DNA of 62,787 nucleotides, counting the filler. It is 8 parts of 8 records of this genome, joined end to end, with 100 filler letters (N's around TTAATTAATTAA, not from the genome) between each part and the next. Parts side by side here need not be neighbours in the genome. Positions count along the whole stretch, not along the records: positions 43,053 to 48,805 come from SRR31147125_14786; positions 48,906 to 55,820 come from SRR31147125_14791; 6 more parts are not named here. The stretch is one strand, 5' to 3'. The translations under genes were made by a program, and so were the position numbers. Of this stretch, positions 43,053 to 53,906 are shown in pieces; position 1 is the first letter of the stretch, and the number at the start of each line of letters is the position of its first letter. The notes below the pieces were generated by a model. The model had not been told where the DNA came from. It worked only from the letters and a program-made list of their open reading frames with translations, and searched no databases.

Positions 43053-43634
43053 CCTTTACAAAGTCCTGACCACATTTCAGGTTTGCCATAACCTTCCTGT
43101 TGCCTGTGAATGAGATCACTTTTGGCAAACACGGCACATCTGGCAGCAACTCCGGGAGGATTGTCAACTACCGGAAACTCTGCCAAATCTTCGTATTTAA
43201 TTCCAAGCCTTGTAGCCTGTTCATCAAGGAAAGATCCTGTTCCGGCTGCACACAGATTGTTAGTCTGATATCCGGCGAATTTTCCTTCGTTGTTGATTTC
43301 TATTAATGATAAAGAGCCACCACCGATATCGATAATCTGGGAAACTTCCGGATTATCTTTCAATACAGCATGAACCACTGCCGCAACTTCGTTACTAACA
43401 GACAATCCCAGAGCATGGGAAATAGATTCCGCATTAGTGCCGATAATCGACAAAGAGCTTAAATTCTTGTCTTCGACATACTCGGCTACCATTGCTCTGG
43501 TAACTTTGAATATTTCGCCTTTATGAGGAACACCTCGATATAATAAGGTTGTTTTCATCGTCCAGCACGACCAACTTCACATAAAGTGACCCGACATCCA
43601 GCCCTACTTTTACTTTGCCTGTTTCATTTTGCAT
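43053..43634 (-). CDS. 2-hydroxyacyl-CoA dehydratase activase-like ASKHA ATPase (3' truncated, frameshift near 43550)
   Basis: Upstream frame reads MQNETGKVKVGLDVGS; then IIDIGG, NNLCAAGTGSFLDEQA and RCAVFAKSDLIH. Confidence 0.87.
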
Positions 43635-43798
43635 CTCATACATCCTTTTTTTGTGTAAATCCCGTTTGTTTGTATTAAAGATCCCCGAATTTGAACTAAA
43701 CTACATAACTTGTTAGTTAGACTAAAAAGTTAGTTAGTTTTATTCCCAAAAAAATTGCATTCTCAGTTTTCAAAAGATCATTTCTTTTTTCAAAGATT

Positions 43799-44434
43799 TT
43801 ATAAAACCAGATCCGAAGGGTTTTTGAGCAAAACCCTGAATATCATTTCCATTAGAAAAGTTCTTCGCGATTCCACGTTTTTGAGCCGTATTCCTTTTTC
43901 ACCGGCAAGAATTTCCAAAAACGGACTATCCGAAAAGCTTGTAACTGTCATGGCGTAGATTGTAGTAAGCAACTGATCCGGATCTATATTCCGGAAAATT
44001 CCCAAGTCTATTCCTTCTTTGATGAATTCTCGCGCATCGTTGTATAGCGGACTCAGGTGTTCTTTTATCAAGCCGTTGAAATATTCCTGATTGTCGTGCC
44101 CTGTCTCCATGGAAGTGATTCTGGCGAAATTGCTGTGGCGCGCAGCATAGTCGAAAAAGCTTACGAAAAAGATCTCCAGTTTTTCCAAAGGAGGAATCGG
44201 CTCCGGAGCGATTTTACTAACCAACAAAACAAGATCTTCAATCATTCTGCTTAACACAGCCTTATGAAGTTCTTCCTTGGAATTGAAGTAATAGTGAATC
44301 ATGGCGTTGGTAATTCCAGCCTTGGAGCTGATGTTTTTTATCCTTGCACCACCAAAACCCTTATCGGCAAATTCAGCTTCAGCCGCATCGATAATTTTAC
44401 TTCGTGTATCTTTTGGATCTGTCTTGTCCGCCAA
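43799..44434 (-). CDS. TetR/AcrR-family transcriptional regulator
   Basis: IIDAAEAEFADKGFGGARIKNISSKAGITNAMIHYYFNSKEEL helix-turn-helix. Confidence 0.93.
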   Translation of the reverse strand: MADKTDPKDTRSKIIDAAEAEFADKGFGGARIKNISSKAGITNAMIHYYFNSKEELHKAVLSRMIEDLVLLVSKIAPEPIPPLEKLEIFFVSFFDYAARHSNFARITSMETGHDNQEYFNGLIKEHLSPLYNDAREFIKEGIDLGIFRNIDPDQLLTTIYAMTVTSFSDSPFLEILAGEKGIRLKNVESRRTFLMEMIFRVLLKNPSDLVL

Positions 44435-44451
44435 TATTCGATCTCTTCCTA

Positions 44452-44508
44452 ACTAAAAAGTTTGTTAATAGATCCTGGGTATCCTACTCAATTTTATAAC
44501 AATGTCAA
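44452..44508 (-). promoter_or_regulatory. Putative tetR promoter and operator
   Basis: Minus strand TTGACA-16nt-TAGGAT; the 16-mer at 44452-44467 matches 43721-43736 at 15 of 16 positions. Confidence 0.55.
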
Positions 44509-44540
44509 CAAATTAAGATTCCACCCGATAGGATTACGCA

Positions 44541-47500
44541 TTATTTAACAGTTCTGATTCTTACTTTGCCAGTAATTCCTGTCGGAGCTAGCGTTTTATC
44601 TCTTGACTTAAATCTTTCGTAGCCTTCTTCGCCATCAAGAGCTTTCCCAACCAAGCCATTTAATAGCGGTGGAGTGTAGGTCATTTTTATGGTATTTGTT
44701 GTGTCTTTTATAGCCTCTGTTATGTCACAAGCATAAGGTGGAGCAAGTAATCTTGCGACATCTTTGTCGTTGATTTTGATGCTTACCGCACCTTCCATTT
44801 TATCTATTTGCAAGAAAACTTTTCCACTTGCTGGCTTTTGCATATCGAAAGAAGCCGAGTAATTTCCAACACTTGAGACATATTTAAGATCTTCGATTTC
44901 TCTCCAATCCTTTAGCTCATCAAGATCAATATTAACTTCATCAGCATCACCAACTTTAAGATTCCACGGAGAAACCTCAACGATTTCATCATTTTCAGAG
45001 AAACTGACAAGTTTTTCGGTGGGTTCAAGCTTTTCACCACATAGAAGCATAGCCGAACCGAACTCAGCTAAATTCAATGAAATCTTGCCATTTGTGACTT
45101 CAGCCTCAAATGCCTTTCCAGTCCAGGAATCGAGCCAGAAAGCAGATTCACAATTTTCAATGGCAATCTCGGTTTTGATTTCTTCTCGTCCTGAATTCCT
45201 GAAGAAAACAAGGCTTTTGCCATCATCCAAATCGCGCTTGATAAAATATAACTCGCTATGCTCACCATGCTCAACACTTGGCTTTATTTCAAGTTCGCTC
45301 AATTTTGAAACGAAGTTTGCATCTTCTTTCAACGCCTTCACATTATTTGCAGATAGAATTTTCTCTATTTGCTCTTTGACGATTTTGTCGTTTTTATCGA
45401 ATTCAAAATATCCAGGCTGCATTTGTGGAGTTTCTCCAACAAAAACAATCGGCGCGCCTTTTTGCGCAAGCTCTTGTAATAATTGAACTATTTCAACAGG
45501 CATGGTTTTGGTTTTGTAAATCACCAGAGACTTGAAGCCGAGCTTTCCAACAAACAACTTACCATCTTCAAAACGCAATTCATTCAATCTATGATCGTTT
45601 ATCCATTCCCATGAAAAACCGGCTTTGCCTAGTTCTTGCAACCTCGGCCAAAGCGAAAGCAACCATTCACCACGTTCACCGAAATCAGCTTCACCGAAAA
45701 ACGTATCAACCAAACCATAAAGAATATTTCCCGGTGCCGGATAATCGTTTCCATCCATGCGACCCTTGAAAAGTGTTTCTTCATGATCTTTCAAACGAGC
45801 AAATGATGCCGGAAAACCGTGGTACGGATAATAAATCAAAAGATCATGGCTTGGACGTCCTGATCTTAAAGCGACCTGAGTTCTTGCTACATATTTATTG
45901 AACTGCGGCATATCGTTCCAGAAAGCACTTTTTCGGAAATATTCGAGGAATATGTTCCTGCCCCACTAAACGGAGAGGAAAAAGCCGCCCATCCAAGATC
46001 CGTGTAACCTTCTGAAATTGTGTAAGGAAATCCGTGATATAGCACATGATTGATGCCGGACGTAAACAGCTTGTCCACGGCTGCTTTCATGCGTAGCGGA
46101 GTTAAAGCATAATCTTTACCAGCCCAAACGAGAGATTCGGCACTGACAACGTTTTTACCGTACAAATGCGCTCCACTTGAAACGAGCTTTAAAAAGAGTT
46201 CTGTACCACCGGCATAAAGTTGCTCGGCTTCCGGAATGGAAGATACACCCGAAGCCTGAATAACGTCCACATTTAAACCGTAGTTCTGCATACGAGTGGT
46301 CAGGTTTTTATCTTTGCACCATTTTCCGGCGTTATCTACAAAACGCTCGATAAATAATTCCGAAACTGTTTGCTGATAATCATATTGGAGACGGGTGTCG
46401 TTATCATCGAAAAGATAAGAACAAGCAGTTGAAATACCGGAACCATCGAAAATGTGATTGTCTGCTCCCGGCAAAAGAACGGCAGGAAGCAATTTTCTGA
46501 TGTCGTAGCCTCTGCGCTTTTCAAATTCATCGAAGAAATCGGAAGCAAAGAATCGTTCGACTTTTAGCTCAAAACTATCTGTAAATATTCCTCGAACAGG
46601 CTTTCCCAAATACTTTTCAAGTCCTGTTCGCTCACCAAGAAAATGATCAAGATTTCGCTTTACTTCATCGGAATCAAAATGATTCATCACAAAGCCAAGC
46701 TCCGGCAATGCAGCAAGAGAAGGAAAACCACCATCGGGAGCCTGATAAAAGGAAATAATTATCCATTCACCTTCCGGAGCATCCCAGGATAATTTGTTAT
46801 CATTTACCTTATCGGTAATAAGCTGAACAGATTTTTTGTCAAGCTTGATTTGATCCGTCAGATTGAAATTGTCATCATCTCTGGCACCACCCGCGACTTT
46901 TGCAGCAATGACTTCAACAAGTTTCGCTTTTTCCGGCATAAAGCGGGAAAGCTCTTCGCCAATTCCCGCTGAAACTTCTGCAATATCGTAAAAGACGGGC
47001 ATATCAGGTGTGGAAAGATCAATCTCGATTTTCTTTCCACCTTTTTCAATGTGCTCTGCCCATAACAATGTCTGCATGGATTGCTCGGCACTGACATGAG
47101 TTCCACCCGTCGCCCATCCGGAACCAAGCGTCAAATCTATCGGTAGATCCACTTTAAGAGCTTCTTCAAGCATTGCTTTCAGGTTGTCATAATAAGACGG
47201 AGTATCGTATGAAAGCCTTTTATCCATATCTTCTTTTGATGCTTTCGGATCAAGTGCAGCATTAAAAGCCTGAAGTTCCGCCCCACCGAAGCCATTATCT
47301 TTCAGGAGATTCACTTCACGTTTTAGTTCTTCAGGTTGTACGTTATTTCCTGGCCACCACCAACGAACCCAAGGACGAAACTCGACAGCAGGATCTTTAA
47401 AGGAAGCAAGCTCGAACTTGATCGCATCAGGAAACAGAAGATCGTCGTATTCCCGCTCACCTGTTTCAGATGCTTCGGAGTCGATATCTCCATCCACGGA

Positions 47501-47599
47501 TTCACCGCTAGAATCATCGGAACAAGAAATGAAAAAGCATGACAAAACAAGAAGATAAATCCATTTCAATGAAAACGATCTCATAACATTTCTCCACAT
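44541..47599 (-). CDS. Glycoside hydrolase family 106-like (alpha-L-rhamnosidase-type) lipoprotein, apparent frameshift near 45930
   Basis: Lipobox-like FFISC; RPWVRWWWPGN, GFGGAEL, FTDSFE, SSGAHLYGK...SAES and GINHVLYHGFPY; C-terminal beta-sandwich in the downstream ORF. Confidence 0.82.
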
Positions 47600-47630
47600 T
47601 TACAGTAATGACAGGAATACTAAAACATGA

Positions 47631-47656
47631 AAACCCCGCCAAAAGAGACGGGGTTT
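47631..47656 (-). terminator. Intrinsic terminator
   Basis: AAACCCCG...CGGGGTTT(T) downstream of the Cys-rich gene. Confidence 0.65.
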
Positions 47657-47695
47657 ACCAGAGTCCACACAATTCTGTGATCCCCTCTGTTGAAA

Positions 47696-48805
47696 CTATT
47701 GTTTTTTAACGTACTTCAGTTTGCAAGGTGACGCACCCGATTTTTCGCAAATACTTACGAATTCGTTGTTAGTTGCATCCCAGAACATCGTACATTTATC
47801 ATAACCACCAACACTCTTGAACTCCCATGACTTATATGAATCTCCACAATATTCAACACCCCAGTCAAGGATTCCTCCTACAACTTCAAATGCAGAGAAA
47901 TAACAGGGATAGGCAGTATATCTTTGAATCTTGAAATCATCTACCGGAGCCGGACAACTTGAGCCGGTTTCTTTTTCCCATGTTCCAGTAATTATTGCAT
48001 CGCAATCGGGGCAAGTGAAATCGTCCTCATCGCCATCCACTTTTTCGCATCCAACTCCCTGAACACATTCATTTTTAGGACAACAAACAGAACTTCCACT
48101 GGAAGTAGCGCAGCATTCTCCATCTTCACAACATGGAGCATATTGAGGTCCAACCATACATTGAACACCAACAGGAATACAAGGAGGTGCTCCGTTCTTG
48201 CCACAATTCATGTCCGGCTTTAGGATACACGGGCCCATTTCCACTGGAGGCCATCCACCAGGATTGTAGCAAACTGTGCACATATCGGCACAAGCCCAGA
48301 AAGTATCTATCCCACATGTCGGGATTGCTCCTGTCTGACATTTGTAATTTGTATGTTTAGTACATTCCTGTCCCCAACCGCACCCATCTTTCGGGCATTG
48401 CTGGAAGCATGTTCCAGTATCAGTGCTGCATGTAATTTCACCACAAAAACCGGAAGGCATTTCACGACAATCTACCTTATCCACACAGCAGAAAAGATCC
48501 GGATAGCAGCTTGGATCATAAGCACATGTTTGTGGAGGTTGACATTTGGTTGAACATTTTGGTCCACATTCGGATCTATTACAATCTTCATTTGCAGCAC
48601 AGCTTGTTCTGCAAACATTTGAGTGACAATATCCTGTTGTAGTGTCACAGAATCCGCTGTTGGCACATCCTGTTTTTTCACAACCGGCAGCACACAATCC
48701 ATGAATACAAGCTTCCTGAGCATTGCAATCTTTCTTTGCTGTACAAGGTCTACCGGCTTTACAGTAGCCGTCTATACATTCTTTGCCATATGGACACTGA
48801 TTTTT
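47696..48805 (-). CDS. Cysteine-rich repeat extracellular protein (5' truncated)
   Basis: Frame open from the edge (KNQCPYGKECIDGYC...); dense CxxxxxC modules and a DGDEDD linker. Confidence 0.72.
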   Translation of the reverse strand, partial: KNQCPYGKECIDGYCKAGRPCTAKKDCNAQEACIHGLCAAGCEKTGCANSGFCDTTTGYCHSNVCRTSCAANEDCNRSECGPKCSTKCQPPQTCAYDPSCYPDLFCCVDKVDCREMPSGFCGEITCSTDTGTCFQQCPKDGCGWGQECTKHTNYKCQTGAIPTCGIDTFWACADMCTVCYNPGGWPPVEMGPCILKPDMNCGKNGAPPCIPVGVQCMVGPQYAPCCEDGECCATSSGSSVCCPKNECVQGVGCEKVDGDEDDFTCPDCDAIITGTWEKETGSSCPAPVDDFKIQRYTAYPCYFSAFEVVGGILDWGVEYCGDSYKSWEFKSVGGYDKCTMFWDATNNEFVSICEKSGASPCKLKYVKKQ

Positions 48806-48905
48806 NNNNNNNNNNNNNNNNNNNNNNNNNNNNNNNNNNNNNNNNNNNNTTAATTAATTAANNNNNNNNNNNNNNNNNNNNNNNNNNNNNNNNNNNNNNN
48901 NNNNN
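48806..48905. other. Artificial contig spacer
   Basis: N44-TTAATTAATTAA-N44. Confidence 0.98.
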
Positions 48906-51650
48906 AAAAAAGTTCATGGATATGAAATAGCATCAAAATATAAGACAATAGAAAATTATATAGATGAAAAATTAGAAGCGCTTTTGCAAAAAGGATCATT
49001 TGAAGGTATAGATAACTATATAACTTCTTTCTACCCAAACACTATGGGTATTCATGATTATATTAAATCACCTTTAATTATTCTTGATGAGCCATTGAGG
49101 CTGAAAGAGCGAAATGAAGCATTAACTGAAGAATTTTCAGCAATGTATGAAGAAGCGTTTGATGCAAATACAGTATTGCATAATCAAAAAGATTTGCTGT
49201 TAAGCTATGATGAAGTGTTTTATTCAATATCAAAACATAAGCTTCTAACCACTCAGAATATGAGTACTGATGAAACTGTTCCAATAAAGAAGATTATTAG
49301 ATTTGATGGAGTAGAAGCGCCTGTTTATAAAGGTAAATTTAATCTATTAAAGAACGATTTAAAAAAATGGAATAAAATGCACTACAATGTCCTGTTTTTG
49401 GCAGGTAATGAAAAGAGGGCAAAGAGGTTAGAAGAAACTTTATCGGATTTTGAAATGTATGTTCCTGTAATTTCAAATGATAGATTGCTTATAGACAAGG
49501 AAAGAGCTATTATACCTACTTATGTTAGTAAGGGGTTTATATGCGACAAATGCAATATTGTTGTATTAAGCGAGTATGAATTATTCGGCGCATCAAGATC
49601 TAAAGCTAAGCCAAAGCCTAAGAAAAAAAGACAAGTAGAAGTATTTAATGACTTAAAAATCGGTGATTATGCTGTTCACGAAGCTCATGGTATTGGAATT
49701 TATAAAGGCGTGGTATCGTTAGAAGCTGATAATTTCATTAGAGATTATCTAAAAATTGTATATAGCGATGACAATATCCTATATGTCCCTGTAGAGCAAA
49801 TGGACAGAGTGGAAAAATACGTAGGCAAAGACGGCGCAAAACCAAAAATTAATAAGCTTGGTTCGAAGCAATGGCAGAATGCCAAAGCAAAGGTAAAAGC
49901 TGCTGTTGACGATATGGCGGATGAACTAATGCAGTTATATGCCAAACGTTCAAGTGTTAGAGGATTTGAGTTTGCAGAAGATGATAGCTGGCAAAAACAG
50001 TTTGAGGATTCTTTTATACACGAAGAGACAGCTGACCAGATTACTTGTATAAGTGAAATAAAAGAGGACATGGAAAGCCATAAAATTATGGACAGGCTTC
50101 TGTGTGGAGATGTCGGCTATGGTAAGACAGAGGTTGCATTAAGAGCAGTATTTAAGGCTGCTATTAGCAAAAAACAATCAGCTATTTTATGCCCAACTAC
50201 TATTTTAGCTCATCAGCATTTTGAAACAATGAAGAAACGTTTTGGGGATTTCCCAATAGAGTGTGCAGAACTTTCGAGGTTTTTATCGCAAAAAGAAGTA
50301 GATAAAGTATTACGAGGGTTAGCAAGTGGGAAAATTGACGTTGTTGTAGGTACACATAGACTGCTAAGCAAGGATATACGTTTTAAAGACTTAGGATTGC
50401 TTGTAGTTGATGAGGAGCAAAGATTTGGTGTATCCCATAAGGAAAAAATAAAGCAGCTTAAGGATAAGGTTGATGTACTAACGTTAACCGCAACTCCTAT
50501 ACCAAGAACATTGCATATGTCATTGTCAGGAATAAGAGATATTTCGATATTAGATACTCCACCACAGGAAAGGCACCCAGTTCAAACCTTTGTAATTGAA
50601 TACAAAGAACATATGATAAGAAATGCTATAATAAAAGAAATTGAACGTGGTGGTAAAGTATATTTTCTATATAATCGTGTAGAGAGCATAAATATGATGG
50701 CAAGACGAATTCGGGATCTTGTCCCTGAAGCTAAGGTAGCAGTAGCTCATGGTCAGATGAACGAACATAAATTAGAAGATACTATGCTTGGATTTATGGA
50801 AGATAAATATAACGTATTGGTTTGCACAACAATTATTGAAAGTGGATTGGATATTGCAAGTGCAAACACTTTGATAGTTTACGATGCTGACCGTTTTGGC
50901 CTATCACAGCTTTATCAGCTGCGGGGCAGAGTAGGGCGTTCAAACAGACTTGCTTATGCTTACTTTACGTGGCGCGAAGGAAAAGTATTATCGGAAATCG
51001 CCGAAAAAAGATTATCAGCTATTGCCCAATTTACGGAGTTTGGAAGCGGATTGAAGATAGCAATGCGTGATTTAGAGATACGTGGAGCAGGTGATATTTT
51101 AGGTGCAAAGCAGCATGGTCATATGGCTACAGTTGGATATGGAATGTATTGCAAAATGATTGAAGAAGCCTTAAGCGGAGTTAAGGGAGAAGATGCTGAT
51201 GAAGCAAATAATGAAGTAACTTTATCATTAAAAGTATCTGCTAATATTCCCAATGAGTATATTTCTGACCAGCAGGACAGACTTGATATTTATAAAAAGA
51301 TATCCTTTATTCAAAACATTAAGGATAAAGTTGATATTACAGATGAATTAATAGATAGATTTGGTGAGCCGCCTGAGGAAACTACAAACTTAATGGATAT
51401 TGCATATATTAAATATCTTGCACAAAAGGCAGGAATCAATTTAATTAGGCAAACGCAAAATAGTTTAGTAGTTAAATTTGCTGAAAATGCAAATATGGAT
51501 GGTGCGAAATTGTTTATACTAGCAAATGAATATCTAGGAAAACTAAAAATAACTGATAAAGATGGTATAATATTAAAATATGCAATAGCAGAGTATTTAC
51601 CAGAAAAAATTTGTGAATTATTAATAAAAGTAGCAGATTGCAAAATATAA
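48906..51650 (+). CDS. mfd: Transcription-repair coupling factor (5' truncated)
   Basis: GDYAVHEAHGIG, GDVGYGKTEVA, DEEQRFG, TATPIPRT, QLRGRVGRS and TRCF domain. Confidence 0.97.
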   Translation, partial: KKVHGYEIASKYKTIENYIDEKLEALLQKGSFEGIDNYITSFYPNTMGIHDYIKSPLIILDEPLRLKERNEALTEEFSAMYEEAFDANTVLHNQKDLLLSYDEVFYSISKHKLLTTQNMSTDETVPIKKIIRFDGVEAPVYKGKFNLLKNDLKKWNKMHYNVLFLAGNEKRAKRLEETLSDFEMYVPVISNDRLLIDKERAIIPTYVSKGFICDKCNIVVLSEYELFGASRSKAKPKPKKKRQVEVFNDLKIGDYAVHEAHGIGIYKGVVSLEADNFIRDYLKIVYSDDNILYVPVEQMDRVEKYVGKDGAKPKINKLGSKQWQNAKAKVKAAVDDMADELMQLYAKRSSVRGFEFAEDDSWQKQFEDSFIHEETADQITCISEIKEDMESHKIMDRLLCGDVGYGKTEVALRAVFKAAISKKQSAILCPTTILAHQHFETMKKRFGDFPIECAELSRFLSQKEVDKVLRGLASGKIDVVVGTHRLLSKDIRFKDLGLLVVDEEQRFGVSHKEKIKQLKDKVDVLTLTATPIPRTLHMSLSGIRDISILDTPPQERHPVQTFVIEYKEHMIRNAIIKEIERGGKVYFLYNRVESINMMARRIRDLVPEAKVAVAHGQMNEHKLEDTMLGFMEDKYNVLVCTTIIESGLDIASANTLIVYDADRFGLSQLYQLRGRVGRSNRLAYAYFTWREGKVLSEIAEKRLSAIAQFTEFGSGLKIAMRDLEIRGAGDILGAKQHGHMATVGYGMYCKMIEEALSGVKGEDADEANNEVTLSLKVSANIPNEYISDQQDRLDIYKKISFIQNIKDKVDITDELIDRFGEPPEETTNLMDIAYIKYLAQKAGINLIRQTQNSLVVKFAENANMDGAKLFILANEYLGKLKITDKDGIILKYAIAEYLPEKICELLIKVADCKI

Positions 51651-51666
51651 AGTAATTTGGTATAAT
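51638..51666 (+). promoter_or_regulatory. SigA-type promoter of prsA
   Basis: TTGCAA-17nt-TATAAT with an extended -10 TG. Confidence 0.75.
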
Positions 51667-51709
51667 ACTGTGTGTTTTAAAGTTATCTTTGAAAGGAAAA
51701 GTTATATTA

Positions 51710-52943
51710 ATGAGAAAAATAAAATTAATAGCTATTGTCATAGCTTTAGGGATTATATTTGCGGGATGCAACATGATAGAGATTAATGAGGAAAAAGACA
51801 GACAAACAGTAGTTGCAAAAGTTGGTGATGAAGTTATATTAAAAGGGGAAGTGCTTGACCAGGTAGAGTACCAGCTAAACATGTATATAATGTATGGATT
51901 ATATCCTGAGGACTTTGCAACTAACTCTGAATATAAAGAAGAATATAATGATGCAGTAAAGGGGGCATTAGATGTTCTTGTTGATTCGGAATTAGAACTT
52001 CTATTAGCAGAAGAAAAAGGCTGTTTTGAGTTTACTGAAGAAGAAAGAACAGAGCTAGATGATCAAATTCATGAAATTATGAATTCGTACATTAATTCGT
52101 ATGCACAAGAATTAGTAGAGCAGGACGAATATGCTGAAATGACAGAGGATGAACTAGGTACAATTGCGTACGATAATTTAGATACATATTTTGCAGAAAA
52201 CAATTATGGTATAACAAAACAAGATATAATAGATGATTATGAAAATTCAAAAGCAAAAGACACATTGTTTAACTTAACAACAAGTTCGGTAGAAGTTACT
52301 GAAGATGAAGTAAAAGCAGAATATGATACTAAGGTTGAAGAAAGTAAAACTGAATACGAAGAGGGTACTGCTAGCTTTGAGCAAGATACAAGTACAGAAG
52401 AGCAAATATATTACATTCCTGAAAATGTAAGAAAAGCACAACATATATTAATTGCTATTCCTGAGGAATATGAAGAGGAAATAGATGCTTTAAACGATGC
52501 TGGTGATACTGAGGGTGCAGAGGAAAAACAAAAGGAAGCACTTGAATCTATTAAAGACCAAGCGGATGAAGCATATCAAAGAGCTGCTGATGGTGAAGAC
52601 TTTGTACTTTTAATAGAAGAATTAGGCGAAGATTCAGGCATGGAATCAAAAGAATATTATCTAGTTATGAATCCAACACAATCCTATGCTGAAGAATTTG
52701 CAGAAGCATTGTTTAGCCTTGAAAATATCGGAGATATATCAGAACCAGTAGCATCACAATTTGGATATCATATAATAAAATATTACGGCGATATGGAAAG
52801 CACCAGTTGCCTATGATGATGTGCATGATGATATCTATGATACATTGCTAAGTGAGAGAAAAGACACTTATTATGATGAACAATTTGCTATATGGAAAGA
52901 AGAAGCAGATATTAAAGTTTATTATAATCGAGTATTGAATTAA
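51710..52943 (+). CDS. prsA: PrsA/SurA-like peptidyl-prolyl isomerase lipoprotein, apparent frameshift near 52800
   Basis: Lipobox IFAGC; VVAKVGD, AQHILI and SQFGYHII parvulin motifs; C-terminus continues to TAA 52943 in a second frame; follows mfd as in Clostridia. Confidence 0.82.
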
Positions 52944-52967
52944 ATGTAAAATAGAATTTGCGCCGCC

Positions 52968-52994
52968 AACCCCGCTATTAAATGGCGGGGTTTT
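52968..52994 (+). terminator. Intrinsic terminator
   Basis: AACCCCGC-tattaaatg-GCGGGGTTTT. Confidence 0.75.
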
Positions 52995-53021
52995 GTGGAT
53001 ACAGATTTAATAGGAGAAAAG

Positions 53022-53906
53022 ATGGACAATAAAGGCACTATGTTAAGAGGGACTATAGGCAATGGAATGGTTAGGTATTTTGCTATAGATTCAACTGACA
53101 TGGTAAAAACGATAAAAGAAATACATAACACATCCTACACTGCAACTGTTGCGTTAGGAAGATTAGTAACAGCTGGTGCAATGCTTGGGGGTATGCTTAA
53201 AAATGAAGATGATGCAACAACCATTACAATAAAAGGTGGAGGACCTGCAGGAAATTTAGTATGTACTGCCTATAAAAAAGGTTTGGTAAAAGGGTATATC
53301 TCTAATCCGGAAAGTGAAATTCCTCCGAAAGAAGACGGCAGTGTTGATGTAGGACGTTTTGTTGGTAATGATGGTAGGATATCTATACTAAGAGATATGG
53401 GATTTGGACAGCCCTATACTGGACAGTGTGAGCTGCAAACAGGTGAAATAGCAAGCGATTTGACATACTATTTTTTAAAGTCAGAACAAATACCTTCATT
53501 GACTGCATTAGGTGTATTATTAGATAATGCTGGCAGTGTTAAAAAAGCAGGAGGAATAATTCTGCAGGTTATGCCTGAATGCGACGATAAACTGATAAAT
53601 GAGCTTGAAGTTAGATCTATGATAATGAGTGATATAAGCAAACAGCTTGAAGTAATGACAATTAGCGATTTTGTTTATGCTCTATTTCATGATTTGGATA
53701 TAAACTTAAATGAAACAACATATCCTTATTATGGGTGCGATTGTTCTGTTGAAAAGATACAGAAAGTTCTTATTGGAATGGGCGAAGCTGAAATGAAAGA
53801 TTTAGCAGAGACTCAAGAGACCACAAGTATTAAATGTCATTTTTGTCAGAAAGAGTATGATTTCAGCAGACATGATATTAAAAATCTAATTTTAATGGGT
53901 AAGTGA
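53022..53906 (+). CDS. hslO: Hsp33 redox-regulated chaperone
   Basis: ALGRLVTA, YFLKSEQIPS and zinc motif CDCS...CHFC; AGGAG SD before ATG 53022. Confidence 0.94.
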   Translation: MDNKGTMLRGTIGNGMVRYFAIDSTDMVKTIKEIHNTSYTATVALGRLVTAGAMLGGMLKNEDDATTITIKGGGPAGNLVCTAYKKGLVKGYISNPESEIPPKEDGSVDVGRFVGNDGRISILRDMGFGQPYTGQCELQTGEIASDLTYYFLKSEQIPSLTALGVLLDNAGSVKKAGGIILQVMPECDDKLINELEVRSMIMSDISKQLEVMTISDFVYALFHDLDINLNETTYPYYGCDCSVEKIQKVLIGMGEAEMKDLAETQETTSIKCHFCQKEYDFSRHDIKNLILMGK

